NCBI GenBank assembly: GCA_016748015.1
Contig: JAAOMT010000372.1
Location: 248,001-312,000 of the forward strand
Direction: 5' to 3'
DNA: 64,000 nt
From: Geosiphon pyriformis uo1
Lineage: Eukaryota; Fungi; Glomeromycota
Positions 48,801 through 62,350 of this stretch are shown here, piece by piece (position 1 is the first letter of the stretch; each line of letters starts with the position of its first letter). Under the pieces are notes generated by a model that was not told the DNA's origin, searched no databases, and saw only the letters and a program-made list of their open reading frames with translations. Made by a program: the position numbers and the translations under genes.

Positions 48801-51410
48801 ATCTGCTTTGATCTATACCTCCAAATATCGGGTATATATAGATGGATCCAGCAATTTCAAGATTTGTTTGTTTGGACCAAATTTTAGTGGTTCAATCATC
48901 AATAATCTCTCTTTGGAGAGTCTAATCACCATAGTTTTGGTCTTATCTAAGTTAATCTCAATATCCACCATTCTAAAAGAGCTAACTGTGTCCAGAATAC
49001 TCTGCATTCCTTGTCTTGAGTTAGCTATCTATACTGTGTTATTAATAAAGGCTAGATGATTCATTGATACCAGCAGAGATTGTGTATCAGATTGATTGTC
49101 TCACTTTTTCTATACAACTGTCAATTTGTATCTATAACTATAATTGGCTTGTTTCATCTTACACAGTAAGAGGTCATAGAAAATTCTCTACATAATAGGT
49201 GAGTTTGTTTCCCCTTGATCTAGTTCATCTTGTACTTGATATTTGTCATTCAACCCAAATTCAGTTATGATTTTATTGCTTTTATTGTTGTGTATCAAGC
49301 CAAATAGCTTAGTAAACCTATTGTTTATCTTAATTCTTTTTAGTACAGCTTCCATAAATTTCCATTCCATTGAATTATATGCCTTTTTCATATCCTGAAA
49401 TGTAAACCAGGTCTCATTACCAAATTTTCTTGCATGTTTAGTGACAGCATTAATCACATGAATTGGCATTGCTGTGGAAGTATTCTTTAATACTAATGTA
49501 TTGTAACCTTTTAGGACATTGTGAAGTTCACATGCTTTTGATATTCTTGCAGTTAGAATCTTTGTTAAGATTTTTCTAGTGCTTTCAATGAGTGTAATCA
49601 GCCTGGTAATGTCAATATTGCCACCCCATTTTTTTGGCTTTGGAATCAATATGACTTGTGCTATTCTCTACTTCTTAGACATGTTTGCTGCTTTTATGCA
49701 AGCATTGAGCAATGTTCTTAGTTTAGACTTGGTGTTAGGCCCAGCCTTCCTCCAGAGATCAGCTTGAATGCCTGATGGGCCAGAGGCTTTGTTATGAAGT
49801 ATGTGGCTCAATATGTGTTCAAATTCTTCTTCTGTTATTTCAGCTATTATACTGTTAAAGGCATGATCTGAAATGCTTTTAATTGGCTCAAATTTGTGTT
49901 TTTAACTTTTTCATAGGTCAGGCTCCAGGATTTTTGTTCTAGTCTATCCTTGGGCTTTTTTGTTTACTAGCTTTTTAATTTCATCAGGATCATCATAAAA
50001 TTCACTTTTTTCAATGATATAGTTCAATACAACTCTTTGTTTTTTTTTGTTTAAGATGCTTTTGATTATAGCTCCTTTGTTTAGATCAAAGTTTTGTTGT
50101 CTTCTGATAATATTGTCCACTATCTGTTTCTGCTGTTGTAGTCTGATCCTAGCATGCAGTGTTAATCTATACTTTTTTTTAATACTGAGTAATTCTGTAA
50201 TAAGTTTATCCTTTGGGAAAGTCATCAGATATGCATTAATTATTTCAGGTTTTAACTGTTTTTATTTAGCCAACAACTGTATAATATTGTTATTATGTAT
50301 ATCTGTATTGTTTACTCTTATTTGTTTGATTATATCAGCAACTATCTTAACAAGCTTGTGATCTATGTCTTCTTTCTTTGTGTGTGCAGATTGGGCTCCC
50401 ACTTTCTTTTTTGGTAGACAGTTAGCAGTTTGTAGTACAGTCTCCTTGATTGTAAGCCACATTAGATTTAGATTATCATTGCTGTTATCTACTAATTTTC
50501 TTTGTGCTTTATTAGTCAATTGATTAGTTTTTTTTACATAGATTTCCCATTGCATTCCAGATGTTTTTTTGACATCAATCATAGTTGTGTTACTTTTTTT
50601 TCTCTCAGATCTAGATTTTTTATTGCCTGCCAAGATTTTGTCAGATTAAACAATTGTTACTACTGCTTTGTGATTAATGTTAAATGATTTATTAACATCA
50701 ATCACCCCAATGTTTGTAACCAGTAAGACTGTAATTGCATCAGTAAACACATAGTCCAATTTTCTTTGTACTCCATTTGACACTCATGTTTTTTCTGGAT
50801 TGTTTATTGCAACACTTCATGTGTATCCACTAAATTCATATGTTGTAATGTTGTAGCAGTGGTACAAGCTTTGACCTTATTTGTAACATATGTTTCTTTG
50901 AGTGATTTAGATGACAGATCTTTATTCAAATCACTTGCAATTATGATTATCTCTTTGTTCTGCACAATGTCTCCCAAAAGTTTCCTGATTTCTTTAGCTA
51001 CTGCTTTCTCAGTAGGCAATTTGGAAGCAGACATGTACAGTCTCACTATGTGCATACTGATTTTACCTCTAAATTTTAACCCCAAATGTAACAGCCTCTC
51101 ATGATATCCCTTGATTGTTTCTACATAATGTATTCAACATTTTTTGACCAGTATACTAACCCCAGTTCCCAATTGTTTTTTTGTACTTGACTCCTAAAAG
51201 GCATGATATTTATCAGAGCCAAAAAATACACCCTTTTTTTTGGTTGGAATCAGTTTAGTTTCTGTAATAATCACAAAGTTAAATTGTTCTTTAATTACTC
51301 AACATAGTATCTCTTTAGCTTTACCAGGATTATTAAGCTCTCTAACATTAACAGTACCAATTTTCCAAGTATTGTTATTGGAATAGTTCTGGATCAGATG
51401 TGTTACACAT
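45850..51410 (-). pseudogene. LINE-Xb ORF2 (interrupted by the solo LTR)
   Basis: Same APE, RT and RH motifs as LINE-Xa. The catalytic FxDD reads FINN. Confidence 0.88.
46018..46673 (-). mobile_element. Solo LTR of family C
   Basis: TG...CA, 656 bp. TSD GTAT at 46014-46017 and 46674-46677. Confidence 0.95.
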
Positions 51411-53680
51411 TATCAGTTTCCATAAATTTAGATTCTCCAACAGTAGAACTGCTCCAGCTACTCTGTTTTTTCACTTGCTTCAATAACTTCAGAATGGGTT
51501 CTAATGCTTTTTTAATTTCTTTGATTTCTGATTCTGAGTTGTATGCTTTTTTTTCTCTGCCAGGTTAAACTTAAATGTAGTACTTTGGCTTGGTAACTTA
51601 TTTTCTATTTTTTCTTTTTCTTCTGAGATGTTACTTAGCTATTGAGTAACTAATACTTCTTTTTCTTTCTCTACTGTTAGTCCAAGTTTGGCAGCAATTG
51701 TACTTAGCAGTTTTATTATTTCATCAATCTGCTGTCTCAATTCATCAATTTCAGCTTTCTATGGTTGGTTGACTCCTTTTTTTAATTGTTTTTTTCTATT
51801 GTTTACTTGTGGACCAGATTTCTGAGTTTTGTTTGGATTGGTGTTATTTCGATTATGGGGCAGTCTGAGTGCAGCCATTTCAGCATATGATCTTCTACCA
51901 AAAGCTTTAATGTTTTCCTTTGGAACATTCCTCTTAATGTACAGTTTTGCCAATCTAATATTGTTGGTAACTTTCTTGGTATTCTTTTCTTTTTTCTTAT
52001 GTAGAGTAGGACATTTTGAAACCAAATGCCCCATCTGGTAACAGAAATGGTATTTTTTAGCATCAGTAGGCACCCAGTAGACCAGTGTGTTACCAATCAC
52101 CAAGGGTTTTTTGGTGGCATTGTTGCAGCTAGCTTTATTGTCAAATTCTATATAAGCACAGCTCACCCTTGTATAATTTTTGTTAGTTCTTGGGATGAAG
52201 CAAGATCAGGCTTTAATTTGATCCAAAGTGGTGTTCAAGTAGTGAACAGTACAATTCTGTGGTAGGCCTACCAATTTAGCTTCCCAGGTTTTTTTTTCTT
52301 CAATAATCTTTTGGGTACCAATCATTGGGTAAATTCTGACTGCATCTTTTTTGACCATAGTTGATCATTGGTTTACAGCTCTGGCTGCTTTTTTTTGGTT
52401 GTTGTATTCAACTACTGCTAATTGCCATTTTCCAGCCACTTTGATTTAAACATTTTTTATCTCACCAAATTCTTTTATGGCTGTTCCCACTTTTTTGTCT
52501 AAGATACCTAAAGAGATATCTCTCACCAGAACTTTTCTTTAACCAGCCATTTGGTTAGTGATGTCATCAGTAATTATCAAAAAAGACTCAATTTTTTCCT
52601 TTGTCAGAATTTTCTTGGCCTGATTCCTTCTAGTCACTTGGGAGAAATCTATTCTGATTTCTTGGTTCTTCACTATTACAGCCTCCAAAAAATAACTGAC
52701 ATTTTCTAACAGATTGTAGATCCACTTAACTTTCTTTTCCATGATCTTTTCTGATATATCCAGAGCTGACACAAAAAGCACATGTCTTTTGGTTTTATGG
52801 ACTATAGTTTTCTATCCTTTATTTTGGTTTGTTTCCATAGACATGAATTTTTTGCCAAGTGAATTACTACTATATTGGTCTAGACTAGGACTTGCCATTC
52901 CACTTGAAAGCCCTAATTCAGAGTTTTCCATGTTATCTAAGTTGTTATTAGGATCAGCTTTATTTTTGTTTGTAACAAACGGATTGTTTATTTGTTTCTC
53001 AATTTCCAACATAGAATTCCCACTGTTGATCCTGTCCAGAATTTCAGAGTTGTATTTTCTCAAAGCAACTTTTATTTGTGTAGCTCTTTCACCATCTCTT
53101 TTAGGTGCTTTTGGAGATTTATCCAATTTTTTCAAGGACTTTGAGGCCCTCTTTTTACTAGTTCAAGCTTTCATTTGGAATTTGTTGCTATTTCTGTCTT
53201 TGTTAAATATTGGTTGTAAAACAAAGTTGTTGGTTTGGGTAATTGTATTTTCGGCTGAATTTTCTTCAATTACTTGGTTAAATTTCTCAGTTAGCCCTTT
53301 TACATTTATTCTTCCAATGTGTTTGTATTTTTTGTTGGTTTTTTCCTCTAATCTGTTAGTTGTTATTAAAGAAAAGTCTGCTGCTCACCTATGTGAAGCT
53401 GTTTTTTTCGAAGTGTTGGCTATTCTAAAGGGTGTATTATCTCTGCTATTTGTGTTCACACTTCCAAATAGTCTACTAGTAGTTTCAAATCTAAATGGAA
53501 GTGTAGTAAGTCATGTAGTTTCCACAGTTAATGAATTTTGTGGATTAGTGTCAATGCCTTCTTTTTTAGCAGTAGGAGTTATGTTTCCCTCCACTTGGTA
53601 TTCACTATCAATAGTTTCTACATTTGTACTTTTTTGCATGACTGGTGTTACTTCACTGTTGATGTTGTTATTAAACACTT
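51403..53680 (-). pseudogene. LINE-Xb ORF1
   Basis: Colinear with 40166-42441. Confidence 0.85.
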
Positions 53681-56225
53681 TTGAGTCTGTTGTGATAATA
53701 ATAATAATTTATTATAATTAAAGATTTCTTTGCAAAAACTTATTTTTCAAATTTGAGGCATAATAAATTGTGTGATAGCAATCAAAAAGAGAAAAAAGTT
53801 TTTGTTCTTTTGTTGTTAGAAAAGTTGTCCAATAATGGCATTTAACCACAATGGGTTTTTTACCACATCTAATAATTAGCTTGCAAAGTTCATAGTCAAG
53901 TAGTACTTTAGCTTTTTTAAGCCATTCATTATCAACAATGATGGTATACTTTTTTGCTTTAGATACTTCCATATTTGTTTTAATGCTAATACCATTGATG
54001 CAAACAAGAACAGCTTTGGCTATATTCAGACCTTTTTTTTTGTCACTATGTATATTGGTCATAGGTCAAATAGAAGGTTCATTAATTTTTCTTCCAATGG
54101 CTTCCAAAAAGTGTTTGGCAATTACACTGACAGATGATCCACTGTCTAGGATTAAATTAATGAAGTAGCCAGTTACTTGGGCTTTACAAATCAGAGGAGT
54201 GACATTGCTGTTGTTAGCAAATCCAGCTTGATGAAAATGCTTGTTAGTTTTTGGTGTCTTTTTTTTTGGTATTAAGAATTTGTGAAGATCTTTTCTGAAC
54301 TGTAGATAGGTTATTAGTTGACCAAATGTAATGTGTGCTGGGGTTTTCATGAGATTTTTAACAACAAAATAGAATCCAGATTTTTGTACAATTTCTGGAG
54401 GTTCTAACTTTAGAGGATTTTTAAAAACTTTAGTCTTTGGTGGCTCATTGTTGTTAGCAGTAGAAGTTAAGACTTTGTTGGAATTTAGAACGAAATTAAC
54501 CTTGGCTTTCTTTTTTTTTCTTGTTAAGTCAGAGGTGTTGATTGCCAATTTATCTATATCATGATCATTATCAGTTAGGTTAAAAACGAAAAAAAGGTTT
54601 TTTTCTGATTGGCTTGCACTCTCACTCTTTGGAGGTGTGTCTACCAGTTTAAAGGCTGGTAAACAGTAGTTTTAACTAGGAAATCCTCTCCAAAAAAATT
54701 GATGTTAGCATGATTGGGTTTTTGATTGGGGACATTGTTGTTGATGGTTCTATTGTTTTGATTGTCATTGTTTCTAAGAGCTGAAGAAAACAGGGGAAGA
54801 TTGTTATAATCTCTAAAGAAATGTTCAGTTAATCTATAGTGGTAACACACAGATGGGCCACGATTTTGTTGTCTTTGATATGGGGGTTGTTAAGATTGAT
54901 TAAAATGGGGTTCAAATCTGGGTCTTTGGAGTTGTTGATTCTCTCTAACAGCTTGGACTAAGAATTCCAGTAACCAGGCAAGATTAGCTGTAAGTCTATC
55001 TATTAACTGTTTATTTGGGTCTTAAGTTTGGACAGCAAAAGAGGCAGCAGCCATTTGTAGAGCTAGAGCCATGACAGGAGCAGAAGCAAAAACTGGAAGT
55101 GTAGATTCCAAATGCATTTTTTGGTTATCTTCAATTCTTTGTGTCAGTTCAATAGCCATGTTCATTGTTGGATTGTCTTTTAAAGCTAAGAGAAACCAAA
55201 GAGCATATGATAGATCAGTTCTTAATCTTTTTGTGAAGGAATAGATTTTTTGCTTTTTAGTCTAGTTTCTTTCAGAGTCTCTATGTTTGATTAACTTTCT
55301 GATAGCTTTAGCATATTTAGTCACTACTTCTCCAGGGCCTTGGGTTCTTCTTTCCAATTCCATGCGCCATTTGGATATTAATATTGGGGTTCTGAACTTG
55401 GTCTCAAACCAAGTAGTAAAAGAGATATTTTCTTCTCCAGCATTGGTTGGTGTCCATCTGATTATTCAGTATTGAGCATTGGCATCTGTTTCTTGTGAGA
55501 ACCAGGTAGCAGGAAAGCTTTGGAGATACCAACAATTTGGAACTTGTATTCTTCATCATACTGGTTGGCTGTAGCAGCTTTCTCAAAATCATTTAACCAT
55601 TTAATTGGATCTTGTACATCACTTCTAAATAGTGGTAGTGAGGTATTGTTTCTTTATATCTTGGAGGGTGGCCAGAATGTTTGCTTGCATGGGGTCATTA
55701 GCCATTTGTTTAGGGGTAACTGTTTATGTAGATGAGTTTGATTTACTTAATAAAAGGTCAAAAACAGAGGCAGTTTGGTAGCTTTCTTTTTCTGTTTCAA
55801 AAGGAGTTTTAGTTGTTTGATGAACAGTAATCCAAATGTAGATTTGATGATTCAGATATTCGGAATTAGGGGGCTGTTTTTCAAAGATTGTGAAGTATAA
55901 AAGTTGATTAATGCTGTTGTTTCTTTCTTCAAAGTTGTCTTCAAAATAAGCTTGATCAAAGTAATAAGTTGTATAAGCTGTATAGGTTTCAGCTAAATGC
56001 TTATTCAGGAACCAGTTCCAAAAATCTTGGAATTGTCTACTGGATTGATTTTTAATGAAGAAACAAATCAAGCAGGAAGACAAAGAATTAAGTTCAATAA
56101 AGTCTAAATTGTTTTTATTGTGTGCTTCAAAGTGTTCTTCTGATTGTTGTGGCAGGTATAAATAATCACTCATACAATAAAAAACAAAGTGGATTTTAAC
56201 AATCTCACAAGGAGCACCACTTTTA

Positions 56226-56953
56226 TGTTACAGATTAAAGTAACAAGCTAATGGATAGCAAGTGAGAACAGGATTGTATGGTAATGAAAGGAATCAAAAA
56301 GAATTCAACTTCAAAGAGCGAATTGAATAAGTATGGATTCAATATGTAAGATCAGTCTCATAAAATATCTCAGTCACTATACTTTTCAAAGATAACTGGA
56401 GAATCTGAAAGTAGAGGGATAGTCTGTACTATCAACAAATGATCATGCCTGGTATAATTCTATGTCTTACATTGGTGCTCTTAGAATTCAATATTAGGTA
56501 TTAGATGTACTCTTCAGTTATGTTTTATTCAATAATCTTCAAATACTGCAATTACACATTTCAGGAAAAGAGTAAGAAATAACCAACAAGTAATTTTTTA
56601 TTTTTAAGATGTTCAGATACTTGAAAGTAGGGAAAGAGAAATTAGTGATAAGAGAGAGATTGAGATGAAAGTTGTTATTTTATTTATTTGATTTTCTTGA
56701 TTTCTTATATGCTTTTCTATAGCTAAAAGAATCATTACTTATATAGTTATCAAAAGTGGTCAATAATCAGATCAATGGTCAGGTTAATGATCAGATCAAT
56801 AATTAGGTCAATGATCAGGTCATTAATCAGATCAATAGTCAGGTCATTAATCAGATCAATAATCACTTTCTAAAAATAGAATGGTTAATTTATATAACAT
56901 CAGTGGCTAATACATGTGATAATTAATAAGAAATATAAGTTTTAATCATAACA
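56226..56953 (-). repeat. C2 5' LTR (728 bp), PBS at 56202-56219
   Basis: Family C LTR followed on the minus strand by TAAAAG-TGGTGCTCC. Confidence 0.92.
56758..56865. repeat. Nine tandem 12-bp units (consensus GRTCAATRATCA) in the LTR
   Basis: Counted directly. Other family C LTRs have 3-4 units. Confidence 0.9.
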
Positions 56954-57164
56954 CTATGATTATCTTTTTGTTTTACATAATGTTCTCCAAAAGTTTTCTG
57001 ATTTCTTTAGCTACTGCTTTCTCAATAGGCAATTTGGAAGCAGACATGTACACCCCAACTATATGCACACTGATTTTTCCTCTAAATCTCAACACTAAGT
57101 GTAACAGTCTTCCATGATATCCTCTAATTGTTTTCACATAATAAATCCAATATTTTTTAACCAG
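56954..57164 (-). mobile_element. LINE-X APE fragment (target of C2 and E)
   Basis: Matches 39694-39904. Confidence 0.88.
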
Positions 57165-57998
57165 TGTTACAGATAATTATTTGGGGTCTCAAATCAAATA
57201 ACAAATCTGTAACTTGGTGCTCAATATCTTGACAGTGCTAATAATACCAGTACATTGGTTGTATCTGAAAGTTTTTTAGAATTGAGTCTTTTGTATAATG
57301 AACAGAGATTTTTTGTCAATATTATTCGCAGTTTTCTTATAAGTTGTTTCCTAATTTTTTTCTTAGCTTGGTGGCCAGATTTATTCTGGTATTCATGTCC
57401 TTTTGGTAAGCTATCCAATAATATATATATAATTCTACCCTTATTTCTGAGTCTTTTACCAGACTATCCATGATGTCAATAACTCAGTGCTTTAATCTTC
57501 AATTAAGTTTTAGTAAACAACCAAATCAAAATAAGAAAAAAAAATAAAAAGAAAGAAAATAAAAGAATAAGCCAAGGTGATAAACAAATTAATATCTCAT
57601 TAATAGCCATGATTAAGAGCTATTGGTCTAATGTGGTTAAGTATCAGTTACTATCAACATGAAGTGTTGATAGTGGAGAGTGAATGGAGATATGAAATAA
57701 TTATTTATTTGATGATTATGAATTGGAAGGTTGTTTTTATGAAATTTAGACTGGGAGAGTTTTTTCTCTACTTTTAACACTACTACTATATATATATAAT
57801 TGATGTTCTATGAAATTGCTCACATTTCCGAGTGATGTGCTATGATTTTTTGAACAATGCTCACATTGCTGAGTGATGTGCTCTAATTTTCTAATATTGC
57901 TTTATATTGTTAAGCAATGTGCTCACATGTTACATATCATTCTTTCATTGATCTACTATTCTCCTTATATCTGTTTTTTTCTTTTTTTATGAGTAACA
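57165..57998 (-). repeat. Putative 3' LTR of E (834 bp)
   Basis: TGTTAC...GTAACA termini with adjacent purine tract. The partner LTR is not in the window. Confidence 0.75.
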
Positions 57999-58011
57999 TT
58001 ATCTCATTTTT

Positions 58012-58647
58012 TTAATATTGAGCTCTGTTGAAATCTTTATTTTGAATTAATTCTAATACTTCTTTTTCAAGTATTGTTTGTTTGACTCTGTTTTTTATGT
58101 CTTCTACTTGTGTATTGTTTATTCTTCCTCATTGGTTAATGGTTATGGTTTTTATTTTAGAGTGTAACAATATTTCTGGGTTGTTCCAAAATATGTTGTG
58201 TAGTTGGTACATTGTTTTAACATATAGTGTTGAATTTGTTTTCTTTCCAATAAATTTTTCAATTTGTTGTATTATGTCTTAGTTGAATATTCTCTTGGAT
58301 TTGTCAGTATACAACTCCTGAATATTCAACTTTTGACTTAACTGATAGTAACAATATAATATTAGAAGTTGTTTTGTTCATTGCTTTCAATTCTCTTTTG
58401 TAAGTTCTTCTGTTGGTGTCATAATAGATATTTTCCCAAAAATGTTCTTTACTTTTTCTATTATGTTGTCTAACCAGTTTTTATCATTTTTTAGTAACCG
58501 CTGATGTGGTGTATTCTTGGTTTTTCTTTTAGTGTTTTGATAGCAAATTGTTTGGTTATTAATGATAATTTCCATGTTTAAAGATTGTTGACTTAAGGCC
58601 TGGAATAATTGTTGAGCTATGGCATGAATATGATCTGGTATTTCCAT
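58012..58647 (-). pseudogene. Accessory ORF of E (several nonsense mutations)
   Basis: MEIPDHIHAIAQQLFQAL...LYCYYQLSQKL...TMYQLHNIF...ITINQ*GRI, alignable with the accessory ORF of B. Confidence 0.7.
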
Positions 58648-58699
58648 TTTTCTTGGTTGCCTTTGTTGTGTATACTGTGTCTTTATATACTCTTTTATT

Positions 58700-61500
58700 G
58701 TTTAATTTTATATGTTTGGTCCAATGATTATAATTGGTTCCAAATCTCGTGGAATCTCATCTGGTTAAACTAGTATTTGTTGTACTCCTAATTGTGGAAT
58801 GTTATTGGTGGATGATGATGCTATTTGGTGATATGGTTTCAGTTGATCACCATGTGCTGCTTTGGTTAAGATTTTGTTGTTCTATCTTAGTTTATAAGCT
58901 CTATTTCCAAGAATTTCTTCTATGTGAAATGGTCTATTCCATTTGGGATCAAATTTTCCACTTTATTGTTTTTCCACTTTGGTACAATGTAGAAGTATTT
59001 TGTCTCCAATCTTGAATTCAACTGGTTTATCTGGTAATTGGTTATTGTGTCGTTCTTTTTGCTTTTTTTGAGACTTTTGAATGTTATCAGTTGCTTTTTG
59101 TCATCTGTTTTTTAGTGTTTCTATTAGGTTGTATGTTTTTCTCAACAATGTTTCTTGAAAATTAGTTTCTGTTATTGGTTCTGTTGGATATGTGCTGACC
59201 TCTCTTTCAACTAGTAATGTTGCTGTCCTATCATATACCAATTTAAATGGTGTTGCTTGTGTAGTTTCTTGTCTCATTGTCCGATAAGCAAATAATACTG
59301 ATGGTATAAACAAATTCCATTCATCTTGGTTTTTTTGACTGATTTTGGCAATTGCTTTACACAGTGTTCTGTTAAACCTTTTGACTAGTTCATTTGTTTG
59401 TGGATAATATGGTGATGATAATGGTTTTTTTATTCCAAATCTCTGACTTAATTCTGTTAATGTTCTATTCACAAAATAAGTTTCTTAATCTGATAGTAGT
59501 TCTTTTGAACATCTATGTTGACATATCAAATCTTGATAAACAAATTCGGCAATGGATTCTGCATCTGCTCTTTGAATGGCTTTTGCTTCTGGCCATTTAG
59601 TAAGATAATCCATGGCTATTGCAATATATCTGTTGCTTTTACTAGTAATTGTTAATGGTCTGACTAAGTCAATTTCAATGCAATCAAATAATTGTCTCAC
59701 TTTGATTGGTCTTAATAGTTCACTTGGTCTTGTTCCTCCTCTTTTTTGACAAGCATCACAATTTTGAACATATTGGATAATGTCTGAATACATTAATGGC
59801 CAATAATATCTTTTTTTGGTTCTTTCTATGGTCGCTTCTTTATAAAAATATTCTGCTATTGGATCTGAGTGCATGTTGAATAATATTGTCTCTTTCTCTG
59901 GTTCTGTGATTACTCTAATTGGTTGATTTGGATTTCTTCTGTTCTTCTGGTAAAGTATATTTTAATGATTGATAAAATATTTTGATTGTTGTTTTATGTT
60001 GTTTTGTTTCTTTTGAGATAATTTCTCCTTGAACAATTGAGTATTTATATAATGCTGGAGTTGTTGGTATTTTTGTGTGTTCATTTTTTGTTATATTTTT
60101 GGGTTGAAATGTTTTTAGATTTGGTATTTCCATTGTTTTTTCTCTTTTTATAATGTACTGTATAATTAAATAGTGAAAGTTCTATTTTCCATCTGACATG
60201 GCAATTATCTGCAAATTTTTGTTTCTGGATTGAAGTCAATTCTTTGTGATTAGTATACACTTCAAACTTTTGACTCAAGTATTCCTTCCATTTGATGACA
60301 GCCTAATAGATAGCTAAGTGTTCTAGTGCTGGAGTTCTATAGTTCTTCTTAACTGGACTTAAGCTTCTACTGGTATAAGCTACTGGATGTTCTCTTTCAT
60401 CTGATTTTTTCTGTGATAGTACTGCTCCCAATGCTTGACCTAATGCATTAGTGGTGATTATGAATGGTTTGCTGTAATCTGGATACATTAATACTGGGGC
60501 TTAGATAAGCTTTCTTCTTAATGTGTCAAATGCTTTTTGTTGAGCTTTGATCCATTCATACTTCACATTCTTGGTCTGTAGATGGTAAAGTGGCTGAGCC
60601 AGTTTTGAAAAATCTTTAATAAAACAGTGATAATAGTCTGTGAAACCTAAAAATGCTTTTAGTTCTGTCAAGTGGGTTGGTACCGAAAAGTTCTTAACTA
60701 CTTCAATCTTGTCTGAATCTGTTTTGATTCCATCTTTGCTCACTACATGTCCCAAAAACTTGAGTTCAGTTCTTCCAAAGAAATATTTGGTTGTGTTTAG
60801 TTTCAATCCTGCTCTTCTCAACCTTTTAAACACTTGTTGGAGATAATGCAGATGATCATCAAATGTTTTTGAGAACACATTGGTGTTATCCAAGTATACG
60901 ACTACTGATTTCCATAGTAATCTAGTATAGACAATTTTTATGAGCCATTGAAATATTGCTGGAGCATTTATCAAGCCAAATGACATGACTTCAAACTCAA
61001 AATTTTCTTTTCTTGTGGTGAATGCTGTTTTTCTTTGTCAGCTGGATCTATGGCTACTTGTCAGTAACCACTATCTAAATCTAGTGTTGAGAATCATTTA
61101 TTTCCTCCAAAAGCATCGAATAGTTCTTGGATCTTTGGAGTTAGATAGCTATTATCTTTTGTTACTCCATTCAGTTTCTGGTAGTCTACACAAAAACGGA
61201 TTTTCCCATTTTTCTTATGAACCAGTACTACTGGTGATGACCATAGACTCATTGATGGCTGAATTAGCCCATTGTTTAGCATTTGGTTAATTTTTTGACA
61301 AATGATCTCATGGCTAGCTGGTAGTACTCTATATGCTCTTTGTTTAATTAGCATTGTATCTCCAGTCTTGATTTGATGCTGGATAATGTTGGTTTGGCCA
61401 AATTCATTTTCGCTGGCAAAAATGTCATTGAAATTGTTGAGTAACATCTTGAGTTACATTGGTTGAAGTGGATCTAGATTTCCTATGTTCATCTGTTTCA
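58700..61500 (-). pseudogene. E RT, RNase H and integrase
   Basis: WSSPVVLVHKK, RFCVDY, ITTNA.GQALGAVLSQ, MHSDP..CDACQ, DYLTKWPEA. Confidence 0.9.
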
Positions 61501-61924
61501 ATTGTTCTGATTAGAGCAGATAACATTCACTTCTTTCATAGATGGTTTGTGATGTAATGTCCACATATCTGCAAAGCTGTAGAAAATTTGGAATGTGGTT
61601 TGGTGGTTAATCTTCAACTTCAGTGGTTAAATATCCAATAATAGTTCTCTTTGGTATTTTGATGACACTTCCAGTTGTGTTGTAGATAGGAATTTTGATA
61701 TTTTTGGGGCTTTTGACTGATATGTAGAGATTAGTGAGTTCAATTTTTCCTGATTTGCAAATGGTGATTTGTACTTCAAACAACTGAGTTTGATTCTTTA
61801 CTTCTCTTTTTATGGCTAACTTATACTAGTCATATGGTGGAATGAAAATTGTTTAATGGGTTGAGATAATTTCTTCTTTGTCAACAATTTTTTTCTTTGT
61901 CATATTAACTAGTATATCTATTCT

Positions 61925-62350
61925 ACCCATTGATCCAAATCTCTGTATCTCTCTTGCTGTTATACCTAATTTTTCTCTCTTTCCCACTAAAACTAACTAA
62001 ACTATCTTTACCAGAGGTAAGAATATTGCTTGTGCTATCTTTTCATTTGGTTCTATAATATAGGTCTTTTCTGAGTTATTTTGTAACATGGTAATAATAT
62101 TTTTTACATATTCCACATTAATTATTCCTCTTCTGATGTTGATTCTTTTTTTTGCTAAACTACTTCTAGATGCTAATTGGATCATGGTTGTTGCTGGAAT
62201 TTCCAGAGCTATTTTGAGATCAATACATGTGCATGAATTTGGTTTCAATTTAATGGCTTCTTTTTCCAGATATCTCAGATCAAACCCTGCATCAGTATCA
62301 TGTGCACATTCTGGCATAATACCTTCATTATTATCACTATATTATTTGAG
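61925..62350 (-). pseudogene. E dUTPase domain
   Basis: DAGFDL, ASRSSLAK, EKIAQAI, FGSMG. Confidence 0.85.

Larger units (their letters stand above)
43263..53811 (-). mobile_element. Full-length LINE-Xb, containing HL-b and a solo LTR
   Basis: Poly(A) at 43263. TSD GTTGYTAGAARAG at 43250-43262 and 53812-53824. Colinear with LINE-Xa. Confidence 0.92.
25019..56953 (-). mobile_element. Gypsy family C copy C2, split into 25019-27581, 35227-35271, 42586-43262, 53825-56225 and the 5' LTR
   Basis: The pieces rejoin colinearly with C3 once C3, LINE-Xa and LINE-Xb are removed at their TSDs. Confidence 0.9.

Noticed and set aside
52741-53721. 326-aa hydrophobic plus-strand ORF (also 41615-42484) as a membrane or antisense gene
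   Set aside because: It is the antisense shadow of the Tyr/His-poor, A-rich LINE ORF1 N-terminus, in the frame where stops are rare. There is no independent evidence for it.
56758-56865. CRISPR array
   Set aside because: Head-to-tail 12-mers without spacers inside an LTR, and no cas genes.
21592-56953. One giant family C element bounded by LTRs 21592 and 56226 with TSD CTAC/CTAT
   Set aside because: The left flank is HL ORF1 and the right flank is LINE-X APE, where CTAT is native sequence. The LTRs differ in subtype, and IN/RH are duplicated internally.
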